Virus record (IMG/VR): IMGVR_UViG_3300044638_006829
Coordinates: 1 to 56,434 of that record
Length of the DNA: 56,434 bases
Reading direction: 5' to 3' (one strand)
Source of the DNA: a virus
Lineage: Duplodnaviria; Caudoviricetes
In this document: in pieces, positions 46,405 to 56,331 of the stretch
How the letters are laid out: each line of letters opens with the position of its first letter
Numbering within the stretch: position 1 is the first letter of the stretch
Notes under the pieces: generated by a model
What the model saw: the letters and a program-made list of their open reading frames with translations, nothing else
Database searches by the model: none
What the model was told of the DNA's origin: nothing
Translations under genes and position numbers: made by a program

Positions 46405-47442
46405 CTACTTTTTACTGCCGCCACCTTTACCGCCGCCTCCGCCGCCTCCGCCGCCTTTAGAGCCTCCACCGCCACCACCGCCGCTGCTACTACCTCCACC
46501 GCCACCACCTTTGGAGCCGCCACCGCCACCGCCGCCGCCACTGCTACTACCTCCACCGCCTCCGCCGCCTTTAGAGCCTCCACCGCCACCACCGCCGCCG
46601 CCACTGCTGCTTGGAGCAGATGCTTTAGGCGATGCTGCCGGAGATGGGAAAAATGTGGAAGATACTTTAGGCGCAGCTTGCGCGACCGCCACTCTTGCAC
46701 TGCTGGTTAAAGTTTTAGCTGTAGTCTGGGCTTTAGCTGACGGAGTGTTGGATTTATCTGCAGCTTTTGTTGTAGTTCCCAAAAGTTTTTGGGCACCAGC
46801 CGACACGCGTGGCGCCTGGGCCGCCGCTTTTTTAATTTCGGATTGACTCCAGCCTTTTTGTTGAAGCTGTTTAATGTCTTGCGAACCTAAACCACTACCT
46901 CCAGTTTTGGCAAGATTGTACGATTTGCCGCCCACACTAACCTTAGTGGTTTTAGGTTTTGCCCCAGTTGTTACGCTTGTTTGAGCAGCCACTCCTGTGT
47001 CGCCACTTTGTTGCGGCGCGTATCGAGAAAATGCGTCGGCAAACATACTCTCAAAGTCTGGCATTTCAAATTTTGGTATATCAAACGCAGGCATCTCAAA
47101 CTCAGGCATCTCAAACTGAGGTTGTTCAGCTGTCGGCGCTCCCCCCATCCCGCGCAAACTTGTTAATAAATCCTCGATCCCGAGTGCTTTCCTCAGGCTA
47201 GAAACGTCAGTTCCCCCCGTGGGAACAGCAGCAGCGGGAGTTGCCGTAACTTTTTCGCTGCCTGCAGCTTTTGATATTGTCGCTTCTTCTCTTTCTACTT
47301 GAGATCCTTGACCTAACCTTCCACCTCTAGAACCTTTAAAAGATGTTTGAGCCGCTTTCAAGGCATTAGTTGCAGCAGCCAGAGTGTCTGCCGGCACTGC
47401 TGCTGCGGAACTAATTCCTTCTCCAGCAAATCGGCGGCGCAT
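46405..47442 (-). CDS. low-complexity protein with FEMP repeats and a poly-Gly tail
   Basis: FEMPEFEMPAFDIPKFEMPDFE; about 60-aa G/S/K C-terminus. Confidence 0.65.
   Translation of the reverse strand: MRRRFAGEGISSAAAVPADTLAAATNALKAAQTSFKGSRGGRLGQGSQVEREEATISKAAGSEKVTATPAAAVPTGGTDVSSLRKALGIEDLLTSLRGMGGAPTAEQPQFEMPEFEMPAFDIPKFEMPDFESMFADAFSRYAPQQSGDTGVAAQTSVTTGAKPKTTKVSVGGKSYNLAKTGGSGLGSQDIKQLQQKGWSQSEIKKAAAQAPRVSAGAQKLLGTTTKAADKSNTPSAKAQTTAKTLTSSARVAVAQAAPKVSSTFFPSPAASPKASAPSSSGGGGGGGGGSKGGGGGGGSSSGGGGGGGGSKGGGGGGSSSGGGGGGGSKGGGGGGGGGKGGGSKK
46442..46598. repeat. 43-bp direct repeat inside the Gly-coding CCG/CCA tract
   Basis: Identical copies at 46442-46484 and 46556-46598. Confidence 0.8.
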
Positions 47443-47473
47443 CTTTTTTACGGCTAACCTGGCTTGTTAAATA

Positions 47474-47977
47474 TTAACCGAGATCGTCCTTGTTTGTTTG
47501 CACAAAGTACCTTCTTAATGTGTGCCCTTTTTTTACTACCATATCAAGTGTTTTTACATAGTCTGAAGCGTCTTCATATGATTTAAATACTCTAGCTTTA
47601 CTTACATCTTTTGTATAGTCTACAACTTTTTTATTTTGCATTACGTTTTCTACATATCCTCCTTGGGGTGCCAAAATAAGCCAAGCTTCCCTGAATCTTA
47701 GATGGGTTAGCTTGGCCACTTCGGTCTCGGTATATAAGACACATTTTGGTCGCACTTTACTCTTAACTGCAAGCTTTGTGTTCTTTTTTACGTTTGCTTC
47801 GATTTTGTGAATACGCTTTAACGAGCGAGCTTTATTACTGGCCACGAGAGGTGACTTGAACATCTCGGGGATCAAGTAGAGATCCTCGTCCCCCACGATG
47901 AATCCCAAGTAGTGCTCACCAGCCTTAACGGTGAACACTTCCTTTTCGGGATTCTTAGAAATTCGAGTGAGTTCCAT
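47474..47977 (-). CDS. hypothetical basic protein
   Basis: 167-aa ORF downstream of the polymerase. Confidence 0.6.
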   Translation of the reverse strand: MELTRISKNPEKEVFTVKAGEHYLGFIVGDEDLYLIPEMFKSPLVASNKARSLKRIHKIEANVKKNTKLAVKSKVRPKCVLYTETEVAKLTHLRFREAWLILAPQGGYVENVMQNKKVVDYTKDVSKARVFKSYEDASDYVKTLDMVVKKGHTLRRYFVQTNKDDLG

Positions 47978-48001
47978 AGCCTGGTTATGTGTTCCGGAAC
48001 T

Positions 48002-49900
48002 TTACTTCGCTGACCAATCGTTGCCTACGCCAGACTCTGCTGTTAAGCGAGTCTTATTGAAGACGGAAGCTCCCGCGTTAACCATAATCTCAGTCAGCTT
48101 AGTCTTCCAGTGCTCTTCTAATCCCTCTCTCACTTCCAGCACGCATTCATCATGCACCACAGCAATTAACCGTACGTCATCGTTTAGGTGTTCGCTCAGT
48201 TCACCTATTGCAATCTTGAGAATATCCGCACCTGTTCCTTGGATCAGTGTATTTGCTGCGATTGTCATGCGGGCATCATCGTACGCAAGCAGACGGCGGC
48301 GACCTAAGGCAGTTCTGGTAAAGCACCACCCATCTTCCACTAAAGATCCCCTTTGCCTGTGCCATTGACGCAACCGTGGGTACGCATTGTGGAACTTGCT
48401 ATGTAAGATCTTGCTCTCAGACAAACTTAAATGCACACCGAACGATGCAGCAGCATATGTTTTGAACTTTCGAAAGCCGATTCCGTAGATGAAGCCAAAA
48501 TTTGCGCCTTTAGCCATCTGTCTCTGCTGCTTTGTGACGGCATCGATATCGCAATCGTTCACTAAACTCGCAGTGAGCGTATGTAGATCCAGATCTATGT
48601 TATACGCTTCCTGCATCTGCGGGATATCCGCTAGTTCTGCTAACAGTCTCAGTTCCATTTGCGAGTAATCCGCGATCACAAGCTTGTAACCTTCGCTAGC
48701 TATGAAGCATTCCCGGAACGCTTTCGAGCGTGGAACTTGCTGCAAGTTCACACCAAAGGTCGTTTTTTTCTTCGTTTTAGCTGTTTTAGTTGCCCCCGAG
48801 CACGTGAAACGTCCGCTGTTCGCCCCTACTTGGTTGTAAAAACTATGAATCCTGTGCGTCATAGGGTTGATGTTATCAATAAGTTTATTAATGTGCTCTA
48901 GACTTGTCTCAATCTTTGCACGTTCTCTGTAGAGATTCAGTGTGCTGTCGTCGCTATCGAATTCTGCTAATGAAATTTGATTTAGTGTAGCTTTCTTAGT
49001 GTCTTCGTTTATCGGGAGAGCGATGCCGCATAGCGAAAACGCGGCGGCTACTTGGGCTGTCGAGCCTGGGTTGAACTCCTTTGTAGCTTTTTTTCCGACA
49101 AGAACGCGGCCATCAGCCCCGCGTGGGAGTTTCCGATCTTCAGGTAGTTGAGCATCTAGCTCCTCCACAAATACTGTTGTTTTCTCCAGAAGTTCAGCTT
49201 CAATTTTTAATTTTAGTGTTTTTAACTTCTCTATATCCACATTGAATCCTGTGTACGCCATCTTGGCCACAGCCCGTACACACTTAGATTCGATGCTGTA
49301 GATGCCGATTAACTCTTCTTCTTTCAGTTCTTTCAGTTGATCTGCTGCTATAGCGGGCAGAATATCTACGTCTTTTGCAGCGTATTCGACTTGCTCCAGA
49401 GTCAGTTCATCTACGCTCCAATCTGTCAGTCTTTGTTCCTTGTCGACTTCCAGATCTAATCGCCTTTCCGCTACAGCTTTAAGTGAGCAAGAAACATCCG
49501 CAAAGTATGGCTTGTTCAGCTTGGGAGACATCCGCTTCTCCTGGAAACCAGCCCTCAGAACTCGTTCAGCTAAATAGGTATCAAATATCTTGTTTCTGAA
49601 ATCGATGCCCATGGAGAAGAAAAACTGCAAGTCGAACCCCAGGTTGTGGCCCACCAGCATTTCCCTAGTTTCAATAAGGGTTTTTAACTCCGGAACCACC
49701 GTGGTTTTGAACAGATCGAATACGTAAACCGTTCTGTTTGTTTCAGAAGGCGACGCATCGCACAACTGCAGTAAACGTATCTTCGCAACAGTGGCCTGCA
49801 GTCCTGTTGTTTCTGTGTCAGCGCATAACTTAGGGTATTCCTGAAGGTTTTTAATTGCTTTTGAAGCGTTCTGATTATCTGTGATGAACTCAATTTTCAT
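48002..49900 (-). CDS. polA: DNA polymerase family A with 3'-5' exonuclease
   Basis: DTETTGL, HN..FD, YAA.D; SGRF, NLQQVP, motif A DYSQMELR, motif B RQMAKGANFG..YG, motif C VHDE. Confidence 0.97.
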   Translation of the reverse strand: MKIEFITDNQNASKAIKNLQEYPKLCADTETTGLQATVAKIRLLQLCDASPSETNRTVYVFDLFKTTVVPELKTLIETREMLVGHNLGFDLQFFFSMGIDFRNKIFDTYLAERVLRAGFQEKRMSPKLNKPYFADVSCSLKAVAERRLDLEVDKEQRLTDWSVDELTLEQVEYAAKDVDILPAIAADQLKELKEEELIGIYSIESKCVRAVAKMAYTGFNVDIEKLKTLKLKIEAELLEKTTVFVEELDAQLPEDRKLPRGADGRVLVGKKATKEFNPGSTAQVAAAFSLCGIALPINEDTKKATLNQISLAEFDSDDSTLNLYRERAKIETSLEHINKLIDNINPMTHRIHSFYNQVGANSGRFTCSGATKTAKTKKKTTFGVNLQQVPRSKAFRECFIASEGYKLVIADYSQMELRLLAELADIPQMQEAYNIDLDLHTLTASLVNDCDIDAVTKQQRQMAKGANFGFIYGIGFRKFKTYAAASFGVHLSLSESKILHSKFHNAYPRLRQWHRQRGSLVEDGWCFTRTALGRRRLLAYDDARMTIAANTLIQGTGADILKIAIGELSEHLNDDVRLIAVVHDECVLEVREGLEEHWKTKLTEIMVNAGASVFNKTRLTAESGVGNDWSAK

Positions 49901-49913
49901 GGGGTTTGGGGCG

Positions 49914-49942
49914 AAAAAAAAAGCCCCAGCTTCCTGGGGCTT
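49914..49942 (-). terminator. Rho-independent terminator
   Basis: A9 followed by gccccag-cttc-ctggggc. Confidence 0.8.
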
Positions 49943-49962
49943 GATGATAGGACGTTTACAGC

Positions 49963-50796
49963 TCAGACGCTGCGGTTGGTGAAGATGTTATCCACATAGT
50001 CATAGATATCTCCCCAGGCGCGGACCATTTCCTTTCCTTTCTCCGAAGCTCGCAGCCGATAGTAGACCCGCTGCATATGAGCAGCCTTCTGGGATGTTGC
50101 TGCTCGATGGCTGCCCACAGACAGACCGTGCTTCTGCTCCATCAGCCCGTGGTTACGGCACCACAGCAGTCCTTCCCGCAACCCGATATACAGCGGGCTC
50201 ACGTGGTAGGAATGACGCCGCTCTACAGTCGGGCCCTGGTCTTGAGGCTCCCAAGCGGTGGCGTCACTGTTTCGCATGAATCCCCGGAAAGCCACGCACT
50301 GATCGCGTGCATCTGTTTCCCGCCAGACATGGTTGACGTACGTTGTCGCAATTTCGCGTATGGTCACCCACTCGCCTTTGCTGCTCTCTGCCAGTAAGAG
50401 AGCCGCACCTCCGGACCAGTAGCTGTTGTGCGCGTGCAGCTTGTCGATAAGCTCATCGATTGAGGAGCTGCTGGACACCATCTTGGTGTGTGCTCCAGTG
50501 CGCTCAACGGGCTTAGATGCAGCTCGCTTTCGGGGCGCTGGGTTTGCTGCGGAGTTTTGAACAGAGATCTTCCAAGCCAGCGAAGCCAGCTCTTGGTTTT
50601 GATTCTTGATGGACAGCTCGAACAGCCGCTGACTATCCAGCCTGCCGAGATCGATTAGCTTGCTTAGCTCGATTTTCACAGAGCCATCAGCCGATCCGTC
50701 TGTGGCCGCCAACAATGCTTCCGCCTCTGCCTGCTTGATTGGCGTGTTGTCGAGAAGGAATTGAAAAGTCATGTCCATGTGACCTGAACAGCGCAA
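49963..50796 (-). CDS. hypothetical protein
   Basis: About 270-aa ORF; start uncertain (50778/50772 also possible). Confidence 0.6.
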   Translation of the reverse strand: MRCSGHMDMTFQFLLDNTPIKQAEAEALLAATDGSADGSVKIELSKLIDLGRLDSQRLFELSIKNQNQELASLAWKISVQNSAANPAPRKRAASKPVERTGAHTKMVSSSSSIDELIDKLHAHNSYWSGGAALLLAESSKGEWVTIREIATTYVNHVWRETDARDQCVAFRGFMRNSDATAWEPQDQGPTVERRHSYHVSPLYIGLREGLLWCRNHGLMEQKHGLSVGSHRAATSQKAAHMQRVYYRLRASEKGKEMVRAWGDIYDYVDNIFTNRSV

Positions 50797-50840
50797 GACT
50801 AGGAAGACGGAGGCTACTATACAAGGGCGTTTAATTTTTC

Positions 50841-51272
50841 TTAAGATTTCGGATCATAGGAACCAACTTTGGCAATCCAGTCACAAATCTCGGTAGTTAT
50901 ATTTTCTGCCAGCTCTATGGTGTCTAAGTAACTAATCAGAACAGATTTTAAGAATGTGTTGTTAATAGGCACTCCGTATTCCTTAGAGATGAATGTGGTT
51001 AGCGGGAAACAAACATCCTCGTAACAACCCATTCCGGATTCGACGTGGACGCAAAACATGCACGGGTCGTTTATGAAAAAGATCGACGCTTCGCCAAGCA
51101 TCATGCTATCCGTGTAATCATCCGATCTTCCTCCCGTCAGTCTTTCGTGTACGTGCTCCCGTATCCACGTACAGAGCTGCGATTCCGTGGCGACAGCTAA
51201 CGCGTAATACTCCAGCAAAGGAGCAAACGTGTCTGCAGCTTCCTTTAGGACTTGTTCCCGAGTTTTTGCCAT
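50841..51272 (-). CDS. hypothetical protein
   Basis: 143-aa ORF in the operon. Confidence 0.55.
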   Translation of the reverse strand: MAKTREQVLKEAADTFAPLLEYYALAVATESQLCTWIREHVHERLTGGRSDDYTDSMMLGEASIFFINDPCMFCVHVESGMGCYEDVCFPLTTFISKEYGVPINNTFLKSVLISYLDTIELAENITTEICDWIAKVGSYDPKS

Positions 51273-51451
51273 ACAGCTGCCCCCTCAATAACTCCATTAC
51301 AAATCCATATCGTGCCGTTCACAGAATCGACCCACACGCTTCCGATCATGGACTTCCGTGGTTGTGTTTCGTCGATGCTCTTCGGCTTCTGTTGCGGAAC
51401 ACAATACTGCTCTTTGAGACGCAGAATTTCCTCGATAGGGGAATCTTCCAT
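51245..51451 (-). CDS. hypothetical protein
   Basis: IGSVWVDS.NG.IWIC.......AVW module. Confidence 0.5.
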   Translation of the reverse strand: MEDSPIEEILRLKEQYCVPQQKPKSIDETQPRKSMIGSVWVDSVNGTIWICNGVIEGAAVWQKLGNKS

Positions 51452-51460
51452 GGCGTAACG

Positions 51461-53011
51461 TTAACGCAAACATTTCTGAATGGCATCTATAGTGCTCTCC
51501 GTGTTGTAAACGTTTACCGAGTACATCTCATCGCTAAACGTTTTACAGACATCTGGTACGTCGCTATTGATGCACACGGTAGACCACTGCATACCTGTTT
51601 GTTTCTTGAACACATCGAGTCTGCGCTTAAGGATTTCCGTAACGTCTGAGTGACCGTCAGTAATCATCAGGACATCAGCTCGCGGATCTTTGCACCCGTG
51701 ATCCAGAGCGTGGGCAATAACGGCGTTGAAGCTAGTGCCTCCGCCAAGAGTCCACGTCCCTACGAAATCCAGCAGAGTTTTGGTGTTAGGTGTTTTGGGT
51801 TTCAGCTCTACTGTTTGATCGATTCGGGTGTCGAAAAGGTTGATGTAAACCTTGCGGTTTTCTTTCAAAGCTTCTTCCGCAATCACAAAAGCAATAGCCT
51901 TGCTCCACAGTTCAGGTTCTCCACCCATAGAGCCTGATACGTCGATGTACATAACAACTGGCCCTTTGCCTAGTTGTTTTGTGTTTGCTGTGTAGTCTTT
52001 AGTTAAGATAGTTTTTTGTGCAAACTTCATAGCAAATAATGCTCGGCCCTGCGGCGAAGCCGCTAAAGCAATCTCAACCGGAAAAGCTTTAGTTACATCG
52101 TTGCTGAAGGTTGCGCCGGTAACAGCTTCGTAGGTCGCTGCTGTTTTCTTCTCCCGTTTGCGCTGAGCCCATACCCTGCGCAATGCCCCCAACTTAGTTG
52201 TAAGCTCCCGGAGCTTCTTATTGCCCTTCAGACGCTGCGCCAGGTCCCGCTTAGCCTGTAGGTCTGTGCCGTGCCTCCCCTCGCCTGGCTCAACCCCGTG
52301 GAGGTTAGACATAGCTTCATTGAGGCTGTCGCTATCCTTCAGGACTTCATCCACAATCTGGTTTGATTGCGATTGAATTTTCTCAGCAGCTTGCTGGACT
52401 GCATCGCTGAGCGCTTGATTAAGAGCCTTACCTTCCTTTCGCGCCATGTCTGCTGCAGCTTTATCGCCTTTGGCCACAGCATCTTTGTACTGTTGCCGCA
52501 GCTCCTCAAGCTTCTCTCCAGCTCCTGTCAGCAGCTGTACGTCGAACGAGTTTTGTTCGATGGCCTCTTGGATAACGTCTGCCAGGCGATTCAGTATGTT
52601 GATCGCGTTGTTACCAGCGTTGAATTGATCTCCCACGCAACGTTGCAGGAGATCAGACCATCCGGCAGCTTGGCCAAGATCAGCCATGATCGCGTACCAG
52701 ACTCCGTTCTCTGGCTTGTATCCTTCCGGTAGAGCAGCTTTGTCGCCATCGCACATCTTACGGAAGTAAGTTTCGTAAGCATCTTCGCTCACCAGCCACT
52801 TAACGTTATCAGCGTTGTACAAGCGGTCATACAGTTCCTTACCAAACCTAGACAGTTGTTTGATGTTGTAGTGATCAATCAGATACTTGACGATCGGCCT
52901 AGTCTCGCGGATGAAGTCATCCCAGAGAAAGTCGGCCAGAGGTGAGCAAGCAAGTGTCAAAGGCTCGTTGTTTACGAGCCGAACAAATTCAGACTGGGTT
53001 TCGAAGTTCAT
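51461..53011 (-). CDS. vWA (ViaA-like) domain protein
   Basis: MIDAS motif IDVSGSM, GGTSF, ITDG. Confidence 0.9.
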   Translation of the reverse strand: MNFETQSEFVRLVNNEPLTLACSPLADFLWDDFIRETRPIVKYLIDHYNIKQLSRFGKELYDRLYNADNVKWLVSEDAYETYFRKMCDGDKAALPEGYKPENGVWYAIMADLGQAAGWSDLLQRCVGDQFNAGNNAINILNRLADVIQEAIEQNSFDVQLLTGAGEKLEELRQQYKDAVAKGDKAAADMARKEGKALNQALSDAVQQAAEKIQSQSNQIVDEVLKDSDSLNEAMSNLHGVEPGEGRHGTDLQAKRDLAQRLKGNKKLRELTTKLGALRRVWAQRKREKKTAATYEAVTGATFSNDVTKAFPVEIALAASPQGRALFAMKFAQKTILTKDYTANTKQLGKGPVVMYIDVSGSMGGEPELWSKAIAFVIAEEALKENRKVYINLFDTRIDQTVELKPKTPNTKTLLDFVGTWTLGGGTSFNAVIAHALDHGCKDPRADVLMITDGHSDVTEILKRRLDVFKKQTGMQWSTVCINSDVPDVCKTFSDEMYSVNVYNTESTIDAIQKCLR

Positions 53012-53024
53012 GATCTTTGTTGGT

Positions 53025-54212
53025 TTACTTACTAATGTCGCTGATGGCTCTAGCTAAGGTGTCGCAATGATTCTGTAGGTTTTGTTGAAGCTTAACTCCG
53101 GCAGCACGAGTGTTTGCTGACATGCGAAGTTTAGAACCATCGAGCAGCTCGGATACCTTATCGCGTACCGTTGTCATATCCTTTGCGTATTTACGCAGCA
53201 GTACAACAAACTCATTAAGTTCGCTGAGCCCTTTGGATTTGTAACGGTGACTGTGCGAGCTGTACTCAGCCATGATTCCAGCAGCAGCTCGTTTAGCGTC
53301 CGAGAACACTTTGTCCGCCGTGGGAATCTCCTGCTCCAGAACCTCGCGAATAACATTCTGATCCTCAGCCGTTTGGTAGACGATGTGAATCAGACTGCCG
53401 TGCATATGCTCTGCGTACAGTTCGTCATCACCCTGTACGATTGCCCAAGCTTTAAGGAACTTGAGAATCTGTATGCGGCGACGGTCGCTGATTGTGATGG
53501 CTCGTGTTTGGAGCATCTCCCACACAGAATTGAACTTATCTAGAAAGTCTTCTGAGACTTTTACAGTGCTTGCTTCAGCCTGCAATTCGGACAAGTCTTC
53601 TAGTGTCAGGTGCTGACCTACGTCGGGTCGTTTCGTTAGACCTAAACCCCACTGATCCAACCTCCGCTTCGACACCGGCTTGCGCAACAGATCTACAGTT
53701 GGCCGGAAGAGGAATCGATCAGCAAATGCCTGAAGTGATTCTTCCTCTGGCCAACTGTTTGTGGCGGCAATGATTGATTGAATCGGAGTCTGAATGTTCT
53801 CCTTACCGTTGTTGAAGGTGCGTTCGTTGAGGAGAGTTAGGAGAGAGTTCAAGATCGCGGAAGATCCCCGGAAGAGTTCGTCCAAGAATCCAATGTGTGC
53901 TGTAGGCAAGTAGCCGTCTACATCGCGGCTGTACTCATCGTTGAGCAGTTTGGTTACGGCTACCGGTCCGAAGACTTCCGAAGGATCTGTCGTGGGAGTC
54001 AATAGATACCCGAAGTAATTAGATCCTGTGATTCCTGCACATACACTGCGCACCAGATCAGATTTGCCGGTGCCGGGAACTCCCAGCAGAAACGCATTCT
54101 GCTTGCTGAGAAGCGATGAAAGCAGACCATCAATAACATGCTCGCGTTCGAGACTGCTCGCGTTCAGTGCTCCGCGAAAGTTCTGAAGCTTTTGGAAGAG
54201 TTGATCTTTCAT
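53025..54212 (-). CDS. MoxR/RavA-like AAA+ ATPase
   Basis: GVPGTGKS, T.P.EVFGP, FLDELFR....ILNSLLT.LNER, ATN, DRF, SDRR; ATG at 54212. Confidence 0.92.
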   Translation of the reverse strand: MKDQLFQKLQNFRGALNASSLEREHVIDGLLSSLLSKQNAFLLGVPGTGKSDLVRSVCAGITGSNYFGYLLTPTTDPSEVFGPVAVTKLLNDEYSRDVDGYLPTAHIGFLDELFRGSSAILNSLLTLLNERTFNNGKENIQTPIQSIIAATNSWPEEESLQAFADRFLFRPTVDLLRKPVSKRRLDQWGLGLTKRPDVGQHLTLEDLSELQAEASTVKVSEDFLDKFNSVWEMLQTRAITISDRRRIQILKFLKAWAIVQGDDELYAEHMHGSLIHIVYQTAEDQNVIREVLEQEIPTADKVFSDAKRAAAGIMAEYSSHSHRYKSKGLSELNEFVVLLRKYAKDMTTVRDKVSELLDGSKLRMSANTRAAGVKLQQNLQNHCDTLARAISDISK

Positions 54213-54241
54213 TAGTTTGGGTCGAATGTGTTTTACGTGAG

Positions 54242-54448
54242 TCAGGAGATCCCTGTAGGGTGCGGAAACTTTAAGTAAGTAGCCTTTACCCAACAGGCTC
54301 GGGAGAGTTTGTCGCGAATCATCTTCAGCTTTTTAGTAGCGCTATCGTGATTTTCGAAAAGTACTGCAGCGCATATGTCTGAAGTGTATTTTTCGATGTC
54401 ACATAGATAGCCCTCTTTAGATTCGATGACGTGAACTACGCGGTGCAT
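54242..54448 (-). CDS. hypothetical protein
   Basis: TAATG coupling to the upstream gene. Confidence 0.5.
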   Translation of the reverse strand: MHRVVHVIESKEGYLCDIEKYTSDICAAVLFENHDSATKKLKMIRDKLSRACWVKATYLKFPHPTGIS

Positions 54449-55674
54449 TAGAAATCAACCTCCGTATCGTTATCCGAATCCTCAAACTCTTCAGCCGAAG
54501 GTTCCACAGCTACAAACTCTGACAAGAGTTCGTCTAAGTTTTCACCGGCAGCTCCGATAAGTTCCTTGCGCTGGTTGATAAGTTTTTTGAGTTGCTTGGA
54601 TCGCTGTACATATACGTCAAGTTCAAGGTTTGCATCCTTAACGAGAAGGTTTAGCGCTGACGGGTTCTCAGCAGACTTAATGCGGTCACACAGAGATTTG
54701 TATTGGGAAGAGAGAGCCAAAGATTGCTTGAGTTTTTCGAGACCTTTAGATTCATCTCGCTTGTTGCAGATCGCTTCAAGTTCTGTGCGAATCTCTTCTT
54801 GAACTGCTACGAACTCATCTGTACCTTTCTGACGGACACTCCGATCATTTGCTTGGATGTCATTACCCGCGTCAAGCAGCCGCGCGGCAAGAGCGGAAAG
54901 ATGGTCGAAGCCGGGAACAGAATCACTGATGAGTTTCAGTTTCTCTGCAGTTAGCTGCCACGATCCGCGTTTCTTGTTGCCGCCAGTTTGCTGCCGTCCG
55001 ACTTTGCTAGCGATGCGTACATCCAGATCATCTAGCAGCTCAGCGCTAATAGTTAGTGCTTTATCTGCAGCATTGTTTCTTGCTGCTTCTAAAACCTGTT
55101 GTGTGTTGATTTGATTCTCGTAAGCCATCAACGCCGCCAGGTCGCCATCAATCGGCTTCTCCACACGCTCCATTGAGACAGGGAGAGGGCCCAACACCGA
55201 CACTCGAATTGGAGCACGGTATTCCTGCCGCGTGGGGAAGATTCTCAGATACGCTTCATGCGCGAGCTTGAATTCGTCGCTGTCTTCGAAAAGTGGGCGA
55301 AGGATGGCGTCTGCTGTTTGAGCCCATGCATCGTATTCACCTTTCCAAAGATCTTTCAGGCGCTCGTTAGCTTGTTCAGCCGCAGTGCGAATGGTTTTGA
55401 TCAGATCGTTAGCGCACTCAAAATAGTTAGAAGTGACAAAATGAGAATCGCCGTAGTGAATGCAATAGCTGTCATACAGTTCACGCTGCATGACACGAAG
55501 TGCATCAAGCTCTGCTTTGAGAGAGTTTGAAAGATTCGGTCGAAGGCTGACTGTGTTGTTCTCTTCAAGAGTTTCGATAACAGACTTAGGTAGTTTGAGA
55601 TCGTCGAACTTGATCTGAACTGACTGTCGGACATCTGCAGAGATTGAACAAGCAAGCAGATAGTGAGTGGTCAT
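54448..55674 (-). CDS. DUF3150-like helical protein
   Basis: Coiled 408 aa directly upstream of the AAA and vWA genes; ...Y..W...FP...E.R..I.V pattern; partly contextual. Confidence 0.5.
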   Translation of the reverse strand: MTTHYLLACSISADVRQSVQIKFDDLKLPKSVIETLEENNTVSLRPNLSNSLKAELDALRVMQRELYDSYCIHYGDSHFVTSNYFECANDLIKTIRTAAEQANERLKDLWKGEYDAWAQTADAILRPLFEDSDEFKLAHEAYLRIFPTRQEYRAPIRVSVLGPLPVSMERVEKPIDGDLAALMAYENQINTQQVLEAARNNAADKALTISAELLDDLDVRIASKVGRQQTGGNKKRGSWQLTAEKLKLISDSVPGFDHLSALAARLLDAGNDIQANDRSVRQKGTDEFVAVQEEIRTELEAICNKRDESKGLEKLKQSLALSSQYKSLCDRIKSAENPSALNLLVKDANLELDVYVQRSKQLKKLINQRKELIGAAGENLDELLSEFVAVEPSAEEFEDSDNDTEVDF

Positions 55675-55710
55675 TTGGGTTAGTTACAAACAGAGTGGAT
55701 GTGAGTGAAG

Positions 55711-55735
55711 AAAAATACCCCTCTGAGCAGAGGGG
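55711..55735 (-). terminator. Rho-independent terminator
   Basis: A5 followed by cccctct-gagc-agagggg. Confidence 0.65.
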
Positions 55736-55843
55736 CATCTTTGCTAGGAGTCACCCGCAGACAGGGTAGCGTGTCGCGCACATATGCGCAAGGTTTTCAC
55801 AGAATTTACAGGTTCAACTCGCAACCTTCTCGCTGACAGGTGC

Positions 55844-56017
55844 TCAGCCCTCCAGCTCGTCGGCGATGGCGAGGAGCTTATGGGCGAAAGGCACGGGTGC
55901 AGACGCGCTGGGGATGGCCGCTGCAGCGCGGAGGGCGGCGGCGAGGTTGTTGATGCTCAGGTGTGATGAGCGGTAGGCATCCAGCACGGCCTGCGCCTCT
56001 TTCGATAGCTCAGCCAT
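55844..56017 (-). CDS. 57-aa modular early protein (not in ORF track)
   Basis: MAELSKEAQAVLDA...LAAALRAAA...LLAIADELEG*; TGATG coupling. Confidence 0.65.
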   Translation of the reverse strand: MAELSKEAQAVLDAYRSSHLSINNLAAALRAAAAIPSASAPVPFAHKLLAIADELEG

Positions 56018-56331
56018 CACTCAGCCTCCTGCTGCTGCGGCACCGGCTCGATGGCGGGGCGGCCCCATTTGGCAAGGACGGCACGCAGCCCAAATACCTG
56101 TGCGGCAGGACCCTGACGGTTTTTACAGGCGTAATACGCAACGCGATATGTCTCGCCAAGCTCCTTATCCGTCGGCCCTTGCGGCTCGGGCTGGGCCAGG
56201 GCGGCGCGGGCTTCAGACGCCAGCGCATGAGTCTCGCGGCGATCATCCATTAGGAGCTGGCGGTAATGATCCAGCTCATCAGCCATGCGGGCGCACAGCG
56301 CTCGCCAGTCGGTGGGGGTCGGGTCAGTCAT
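56017..56331 (-). CDS. modular early protein
   Basis: TDWRALCA, ARAALAQPEP.GPTD.EL and RAVLAKWG blocks. Confidence 0.7.
   Translation of the reverse strand: MTDPTPTDWRALCARMADELDHYRQLLMDDRRETHALASEARAALAQPEPQGPTDKELGETYRVAYYACKNRQGPAAQVFGLRAVLAKWGRPAIEPVPQQQEAE

Noticed and set aside
39268-49900. Intein or intron in the primase or polymerase
   Set aside because: Motifs are contiguous, lengths are normal, and no intein splice-junction blocks were seen.
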